Shown: piece after piece, positions 55,664 to 64,000 of the stretch | Layout: every line of letters starts with the position of its first letter | Position numbering within the stretch: position 1 is the first letter of the stretch | NCBI GenBank assembly: GCA_003344405.1 | Contig: NOWV01000029.1 | Location: 248,001 to 312,000, forward strand | Source: Trichoplax sp. H2 | Taxonomy: Eukaryota | Length of the DNA stretch: 64,000 bases | Reading direction: 5' to 3' | Translations under genes and position numbers: made by a program | Notes under the pieces: generated by a model | What the model was told of the DNA's origin: nothing | Seen by the model: the letters and a program-made list of their open reading frames with translations, nothing else | Database searches by the model: none

Positions 55664-56348
55664 TTTTACTGTATTTACATCTAGCGTGCCCAATTTAAGA
55701 GCTTTGAATGTGTTGTTAAACTTGATCGGCCAAGGCGAATAGAGCTTTGGACTGGTAGGCCAGCTGGTTTGCTGCCGCAAGTTCTTGAAGTGAGGCACCT
55801 GGTGCTGTAGAAGGTTGGTCTCTCGGTAGAGAGAGATTATAGGCTATGTAGGTACTATTACAGTAGTTTTGAAGATAGGGTATAGTATGGGACAAGGGCA
55901 CGTTACAATTTTACACTGACAGCTGTACTAACAGCCGAGTAGACTAGCCGTGGCCTTTAATAGTGTCTACAGTATTGTCCAGTCTAGCCCGTAGTAAAAC
56001 AGATGTCACTTGTAGCCTATACTGACTAGCACTGACTAGGCACGCTACAGTGACATCTATTTTAATGCAATATACTGGCTTCTGGTAAGATCGCTAGCAA
56101 ATAGAATGTCATTGGAGCGTGCCTTTAGTACTGCCGAGAATCCATCGCTACAGGTGACACTATTTTGGCTTCTGCACGCGACGCCTATGGGGCCGCTGGG
56201 CAAGCTGCATCCTGTTGCTGCTTGTGCTGTAGCCTTAGACTACTGCAGCTGCTTTCTAGAATTAAATAAGTCATAGTCTCCTTTCACATAATTTCTATTT
56301 CCTACGATTCATAGAATGATGCTCGTTATATTCCTTTCGAGTAGTCGA

Positions 56349-56725
56349 TAGTTTAAAACAGAGTAGAGTCGAACTCTGTCGGCAATGGTTTGGCCATGAG
56401 CTCTAGATGGTATACTGTACCGTACCGGTCCGGTCCGTTCCGTTCCGTACTTACATGAGCATCGTTCGACTCCAGTCTAGGTGCAGGATCTCCAGTCAAC
56501 TGCCTAAAACAGGCCAGAAAAGCCATACTGTACTCTAGTTTAAAACAGAATAGAGTCGAACTCTGTAAGCAATGGTTTGGCCATGAGCTCTAGATGGTAT
56601 ACTGTACCGTACCGAGTCCGGCCCGTTCCGTTCCGTACTTACATGAGCATCGTTCGACTCCAGTCTAGGTGCAGAATCTCCAGTAAACTGCCTAAAATAG
56701 GCCAAAAAAGCCATACTGTACTCTA
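56349..56725. repeat. Near-identical 187-bp tandem duplication in the MVD-NBN divergent promoter
   Basis: Copies start TAGTTTAAAACAGA at 56349 and 56536 and differ by a few substitutions and indels. Confidence 0.93.
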
Positions 56726-56850
56726 AAAGTCGATCTCAACAACCAGTATCCTAGCTCTTCTCTCCTTTCGTGTCCATAGTGATAGCCTGATTTTAGCGAC
56801 CTCCATCGCTTGCACGCTCAGCTGGAAAAGCTTGCATTTATCTCACTAAA

Positions 56851-59800
56851 ATGTGGATACTGCAAAATATCCAGAATAATTCAGGTAGAAAAAACAAATG
56901 CTCTACTTCTAGGTATTATTATAATAGCAATGGAGTACTTTGACATAAGTATAGAACAACTACAGACTAGAAGAGTGGTATGCTATCTCATGTACTCATG
57001 TTGTTTCTTTTACCTTTGCTAGCTGACAAGCTGTACATGCTTACAGGCAATGAATATACCGTTGGGCGCAAACGTAAATACGCAATATTAAACCTCTTAA
57101 TCAACTATCCAACCCTCTAATAGATCATCCTTCAAGCTATTTTATTCATTTTCTTCTAGATACTTCATTGTTAATACTTAATGAACCTTCTATTAGCCGA
57201 ATTCATGCCAAATTCAAGATCGAACATGACTTATCCGATATAGTAAGTACTTTTTTGCATCCTCTTTTTAATATTGATCACTCTCCATCATTAGAAAGCA
57301 GAATTACGTACTGTAGAAGCAGCATCAATTTCATCCTCTACTCGGTCATTTCAATACTTTTCCAGTCTACTTTTAATATTCATCATCATCGCTCTACACC
57401 ATTCGAAAATAGAATATTGTACTGTAGAAGCAATATCAGTTTCATCGTCACTTTGCACTATGAGAAAGCGGAATACTCTAGTGTAGATGCAGCCTCAGTT
57501 TCATCTTTTACTCAGTCATTTCAATACTTTCCCAGTCTACTTTTAATGTTCATCATCGTCGCTCTACACCATTAGAAAAATAGAATATTGTACTGTAGAA
57601 GCAATATCAGTTTCATCGTCACTCTGCACTATAAGAAAGCGGAATACTCAACTGTAGATGCAGCATCAGCTTCATCTTCTACTCCGTCATTTCAATACTT
57701 TCCCAGTCTACTTTTAATGTTCATCATCGTCGCTCTACACCATTACAAAATAGAATATTGTACTGTAGAAGCAATATCAGTTTCATCGTCACTCTGTACT
57801 ATGAGAAAGCGGAATACTCAACTGTAGATGCAGCATCAGTTTCATCTTCTACTCAGTCATTTCAATACTTTTTTAATCTACTTTTAATGTTCATCTTCAT
57901 CGCTCTACATCACATAAAGTAGACCACTACGTACGTATACTGCAGAAGCATGCCAACTCCAGCTTAATCTTCGACCGGTCAATGCAATACCTTTTCAATC
58001 CACGTTCAACATTCATCATTATTCTGCACCCGTTACTGTAGAAAGCAGAATACAGTTGAGGGAAGATCAACTTAATTTTTTATTCAGTCGATTGAATACT
58101 TTTTCAATCCAAATTCAATGTTCATTTTCATCATTCTGGATTATTATAAAGCCAATTATTGTACTGTAGAAGGAATATCAGCTTTACTGTGACTATAATC
58201 TACTATCAATCTTTTTTCGATCTACTTTTAATGTTCATCTTCTGCATCATTATAAGGCAGACTAGGTTACTGTAGAAGCAACATCAACTTAATTTTCTAC
58301 AATTGCATCATGCTTTACTTTTCAACTTTGGACATACGTACTCGTTCAAGTCGAGCGACTGAATGCTTGGCTTTTCATGGCATCATGTCTTACTTGCTTT
58401 CCTTTAATAATGTCCAAATCAATTCTAAATGTAAGCGTATACCGTATTTAAAAATAGACTAATCCTTCGCGATATCCTAAAGTTACCATGACGGATTCTT
58501 CAAAATATGGAATTTATTTGAATGATAGTAAAGATAAAATAACCTCTCCCATTCAATTACAAGATGGTGATACAATTCGTTTTGGTTTTCAACAACAGCA
58601 ATGGAGGTAAGAAAAAAGTACATTCTACGAGTCTGTTACTTAAAAGTGATTTCAACGTTAAACTAGACCTATCAGCCTTAGCATTACTACACTAGCTTGT
58701 ATTCCGATAGTTACCGCCAATGATCATCAGATATCCTGCAACCAAATTGACGATACTCGTTCCTTTATAAAAATAGTACTATCCGAATATTAAGAGATAA
58801 CTTTTCAATGATGCTTGCATGATAATTTAGGATCTCTTATGAACCGTTTGTCGTGGCTACGTCTCGCCTAAATGATGCTGCAGAGAAAGACTCAATGATA
58901 TCTTCTATCAAAAAACTGGGTACGACAAATTCAACTGTCAAAATTGACCTTAGATACTATTGCATTGTTATCATCAATTTGATGCTATTACCTTGCTTGC
59001 TATAGAAATTTGTAACGAAATTTTTCATGTACGCATAATTACCACGTACGGAGCTTTAAGACAATCTTAATCCATATTTAGGCGGCCATTATGTAAATAA
59101 CTGGATTGAAGAATGTACACATTTAGTTGTTAACGAAATCCGAGTCACCGTGAAGGTAACGCGATACTGTAATACCTAAGAAATCTTCAGCCATTTATAG
59201 CCATCTGTACTGTAGTAATAGTATTAGCGTATCATCTGTTGCATTTAAGCAATATTTATACCTAAATAGAAAAAATTAATTAATTGTAAGACCTAGAGTA
59301 TCTCAATTAAGGTACAATAATACAGTACATTGATATTGTACACTTGTAGTATTTAATTAAAGCACTATGTATCATAACTTTGTATCATGTACAGTGAAAT
59401 TAATTGTGCTGAAAGAATTACAATCAACACCTTACTTAGTAAGCTTACCAAATGTGTTCCCTTATCAATGTAAATTATAGATTCAGGACTTCATAATCTA
59501 CCTCAAGTAAACCTTGATAATCCTTTTGATAGCGTGTGTACATTAGTAATTTTTTCTTCCTTTTTATAATTAAGGTTTTATCTGCTCTAACCTCATGCAA
59601 GCCGATCGTAACACCAAAGTATATTATAGATTTAGTAAACAGCATCGAATCAAGGAAGGAATGGATCGATCCTGAAATGTAAGGCTTCTTCATCTGCACT
59701 AGTACAACCGCAAAATAATCTACAAACTTAGAAAACTTACATGTAACTATACTTACAAACTGTACATTGTACAATCAGGAGAGCTATATACAATTTAAGT

Positions 59801-62190
59801 AAAGTCTTCCTATTTTGTTCAGTTATTTGCCAACATTATCCGAAATTGAAGGAGATGTAACTTCAAGAGACCAATTTAAAGTCAATACTAAGAGACAAAA
59901 TATATTTAGTAGTAAAACCTTCGTTTTTCTAATAAACAAACAGGTAAAAAGTATAAATTAATAATGAAGCACATATTAACAAACGAATGAGCTAAAATTA
60001 ATGTATATACACTTTCTCTTACGTAGTATCAACGATTAAAACAAGCCGTAACTTCCTGTGGAGCCAGCACACGACTTGTGGAATCCAGAGATTCTATCGA
60101 TCAAACCCTACTGTTATCTACCGATAGCCTCGTCATTACTCCCAATCTTCACGCTATGAAAGCGTTAACTCCTGCTCAAAAAGATCTTATCGAAACTGTT
60201 GAAGGTCTTCTACTAACGTAAGTCCTACGAACTGTCAAGTTATAGGAAAGCTTACTAATTTCTTTTTTTTTAAATTATAAATTGTATAATGTTAAGATTT
60301 TACTCTTTCACTCTATCTCAGTAATGGATTCCGACTAATATCCGATTCAGAGATTGGATTAGCAGTTATTCATACCGATGCACAAAAGTATTGTAACCCG
60401 TCAGATCCTTCCATAGTTTCTGCTCCTCAACCTAAACATCCAATTGATCCAGCTACCTCATCACGACGTACAACGGTATTAAAACTTACCTCCTAGCAAC
60501 TTTAAATGTTGACACATGTAGCATAAAATTATCTTTTCTCTATCAGACATCAGACATAGAATCTTCTCAACAAGACACAAAGCAAAAAAGGTAAAAATAT
60601 TTCATTTGTGTTGTTGTCAATTTTTAATGAACAGTTAAAGGCATCATACGCTTGGCGAAATGATGAAAATATTTAAATGACTACTTTCCTTATACACAAT
60701 TACGTGTAAAGAAACCAGAGTATTATTATACGCCTATTAATCTTGGTGGGTGCTTCTTGTCTGAATACGTACTCGCTGTAAAGGCAGGCGTAAATTTTAT
60801 AACTGTCATCCATGGCTGGCTACTAGAGCTATGATAGTCGGCAAAAAGATAGTTAAACATGAGAATTTTCTATCAGTGATATCATTGATAGCCACTTATA
60901 AACTATTTGGAAAGTAGAATGCTTACTTAAGCAAGACTTTAGTAATCTGACGCCAAATGAAATGAGCTGTCAACTCGGATGCAACCCACTCACTATAACT
61001 TTTTATAGTAATGCGCTCCTATTTGGTGTTTTTGTATCACTAATAATAATAATTTAGACCACTTCAAATTACCGATTCCGAACAATTGGAACCACAAAAA
61101 AAGGCTATAAAATTGGAGTATGATACACACAACACTGAGTCAAATGTTGTGAACAAGGAAGACGAATCAATGGCTTCAAAAGCTGACGAAGAATCCAGGG
61201 AACTGACGAAAAAGGAAGAGAATTTGACAGGACTGAATGATAATGATAAGAATTCTCAGCAGGAAAACATACGTAATGGATGTAAGCAATGTGATCCTCC
61301 AACATCACCTCCAGCTACGGAAATAGTTGTCAAACCGGGATATTTAAGCACAAAGTTATACGCCGATGTAAGTTTGGAACATTAGTTCTTGTCACTTGAT
61401 CGCATATCCTCTATGCAAAGTTCAATTGATGATACGTACTCTATATATCTTATCTGTATATAGCAACAAATGAATACTGAAGATTGCGAAAGAGAATTTA
61501 ATAGGGCGAAAGAAAAAGTAATCCATTTAACCGTTGTGCGGACAGAATCAAAACATCACGTAGATGCTTTGAATGACATTAAAAATTTCAAAAAATTTAG
61601 AAAGGTATAGATGTATTTATTTTATCTTAAGCGTTTTAGCTTTACCACTATGTACATGCGTCTGTATGCTTGTAAGTAAATTTGTAGCTATGGTTAACAT
61701 ACGAACAACATCTGCTCTATAGTCCTATTATCCTGGAAGAGATCGTGTAGGTTTACCTACCATTATTGGAGGAAATGATCTCCTTCGGTATACAGCAGGT
61801 AGCGACTCAAGTTTAGGAGATTGGATACAAGAAGCACGAAGGGTTAGTTCATATCATCCTCAACTTTTAAACTCTACGATTAAGGTTTTCATAACTATTA
61901 TGGGTAAATATGAAAAATGCTTCTATTCCAAAGGCACATGATGAGAAAGCCCAAGAAGATCAACTTGCAGATGATTTATTCAGGTTAGTGTAACCGTAAG
62001 TTTATCGATAATATAATTTAGCAATTATAAGTAAATTTACTTATTATAGTCTTTAAACACATCAATGTGGACAATTTGACATATTATTAATATTTTTAGC
62101 TGTAAAGCGTAATTTATTCTTTTCTACTGAAATCTGAATAAGTATCAACTGATTTTGTTTAGACTTGATCCTTCAAAGAAAAGGCTGTAG
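56851..62190 (+). CDS. NBN: Nibrin (NBS1), MRN complex subunit, ~16 exons
   Basis: FHA motifs: MWIL, YTVGRK, SISRIHA, DSSKYG, DGDTIRFG. BRCT motifs: YEPFVV, LGGHYVNNWIEECTHLV, TVKVLSAL, RQNIFSSKTFVF, SEIGLAVI. MRE11-binding KNFKKFRK is at ~61581. The ATM-binding tail reads EDQLADDLFRLDPSKKRL*. Confidence 0.92.
57245..58300. repeat. Tandem repeat in NBN intron 3: ~171-bp young units within older, shorter degenerate units
   Basis: ACTGTAGAAGCAATATCAGTTTCATCGTCAC at 57421, 57592 and 57762, with an internal sub-repeat GTAGATGCAGC. Diverged copies flank these. The repeat explains ORFs 57168..57575 and 57588..57827. Confidence 0.9.
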
Positions 62191-63660
62191 CTCGATTATA
62201 AATTAGGTTGCTGTCGACATTACTGTTGATCGTAATGTATATAAAAAAGGCTGTTCCAAATCATAACAAACATTATTTAAAATGATTCCTGATATTTCGA
62301 TTCTGTAGCATTACCAAAACATGGGCATCTTACTGATAAGTATGTACATAAGTATGAGCTAATAATGAATTACATGTACTATTAGTTATTTTCAATGTAA
62401 AGTAGGACTTTCCGAACTGTACCTTAAAAAGTTTACAGTGACTTGTAACAAATATTTTTTGATAGCAACCAGATTGAAGAGAAGCGTGTCATCATATCAA
62501 GCTATAAAAGTAGTCATTATAAATCGAAAAATTGAACCTGCTTCTTATTTCCTCATATTTAAAATTGCAACGTACTCTGTTATTAAAAGCCAATTCTTAA
62601 TTAAAACATCATTTGAATGTTGATCGTGGTTTTAATTCTTTAACTAATTTATTGTAACAAGCGATCGAATGCAACAAACATTAAGATTACTATCAATTAA
62701 TCTTAATTCATAAGTGTAGATATCCAGTCACTTTTATTATACCTCTTTGCTAAGAAAGAATTATAAATGTTTTACTATAACTAAGTTGCAATCTTCGATC
62801 AAAAGGCAGCAGTTAATGATGAGTAGTGTAAAAGGTTTGAGCAAGTTATGTATTATGTCTAAAATGTATAACTGAGTTGCTGAAAGAATTAAATGACTGC
62901 GACTAAGAAAGATAATTTAATTGCATCAGATTCAAGCAAATATGATAATTTTAATAATCGTCGATAACTTGACTGATTGCTGATGCTCAAGTTTCGATGA
63001 TTAAATTAATTATCGGATTTGTAGCTACAAGCTACTTACAAAAATTCGGTTATAGACATAATGATGACTTGCATATGATAAACTAAAACCAATCTGAAAC
63101 TGCTTGTCTTTTTAAAAGGAAGGATCGATGATGCCTAGTAACATAAATCGATTAATTGTATACAACAGATATAGAAGGCATAGGCCTAAATATTCAGCTC
63201 GTTCCCTATATGTTTAATTTTGTTTGCATATTTCTCATACTATATAGAAGAATAGAAACTGAAAATTTTTGATATCGCCCTTAATGCAATATTTTTACAC
63301 TATCAACCTGATGGTTGATTATAGTACGTATAATAATTATAGAAATAGGCTGTTGGTTGATTACAGTTCATATAGAAATAGGTGGTAAAGTGAATAAGTG
63401 CAGTATTGAATAGAGATGGAATTTTACATAGAAAAGAAGCTGAAAGTCTTAATATTGCCTTTATTCGGCATTTTACACTATCCATTTACTAGTTGATTAC
63501 ATTATATAGAGAAATAAGTGATAAAGTGAATAAGTACAGCGTTGAATGTAAACGTAATTATTGATGTAAATATAGTGAAGTCTGTACATTAATTAATTAT
63601 GTTTCGTTGAAACCATAGCATGATAACATTACTATAATTATCATTCATAAGAAACCTATC

Positions 63661-63902
63661 TTAAAATGCTTTGGATAAGAAAACGCCAATTTGTTCTCTA
63701 GCATCTAAATAGAAAAGGTTAGCAGTGTTATCAATAATTAGCTTACAAGTAATCAGGAAGGCATGCCTCGGAGAGAAGCGATTTATGCATACCTTTTAAA
63801 TAGTGAATACAATCATTTTCATTCCATAATTCCTGCATAGTATTGATGGTATCAATATCCTCATAATTTATATCATGTAGTGCTCGCTTCTTCGTGAGGT
63901 AC
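63661..63902 (-). CDS. Last two exons of an unidentified gene extending beyond the window
   Basis: Exon 63793-63902 (YLTKKRALHDINYEDIDTINTMQELWNENDCIHYLK) and exon 63661-63704 (DAREQIGVFLSKAF*) are phase-compatible with canonical AG/GT sites. No family was recognised. Confidence 0.5.
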
Positions 63903-64000
63903 CTATTTAATATATTTATGAAATTATCATTTCTTTCTAATAAGAACTACAGTTAATAATAACATAGACAAGATGGCAATGATTCAATCGACTCTCTAAC

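Noticed and set aside
57168..57827. Repetitive ORFs inside NBN
   Set aside because: They are read-through of exon 3 into an intronic tandem repeat.
63880..63890. GTGCTCGCTTC, identical to the 5' end of U6 snRNA
   Set aside because: The match stops after 11 nt, there is no ACAGAGA box, and it lies within a likely minus-strand coding exon.

Overview
This is AT-rich, intron-containing animal genomic DNA; it is not prokaryotic. Gene density, short GT-AG introns and abundant ACAGT/ACTGT pentamer tracts near gene starts suggest a placozoan (Trichoplax-like) genome, which is an inference. Manual splicing gives ten complete protein-coding genes: a BtpA/SgcQ-family gene (+), TP53INP/DOR-like (-), a single-ORF DUF3504 Crypton-recombinase-derived gene (+), CHMP4/Snf7 (+), FHOD formin (+), intronless ARV1 (-), BLOC1S4 (+), TDH (+), MVD (-) and NBN/NBS1 (+). 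The 3' end of an unidentified minus-strand gene lies at the right edge, and there are several tandem repeats. The most interesting signals are the apparently catalytically dead domesticated Crypton protein, three ATGA-chained uORFs (the first with a Thr cluster) in the inferred TDH leader, and a 5-bp-phased CNG lattice plus a recurrent 19-bp palindrome near gene starts. Also notable are a pre-miRNA-sized hairpin, paired inverted-repeat cassettes in the MVD-NBN divergent promoter, and an obligatory GC-AG intron in MVD. No tRNA, rRNA or CRISPR array was recognised. All identifications come from recalled protein motifs, not database searches.
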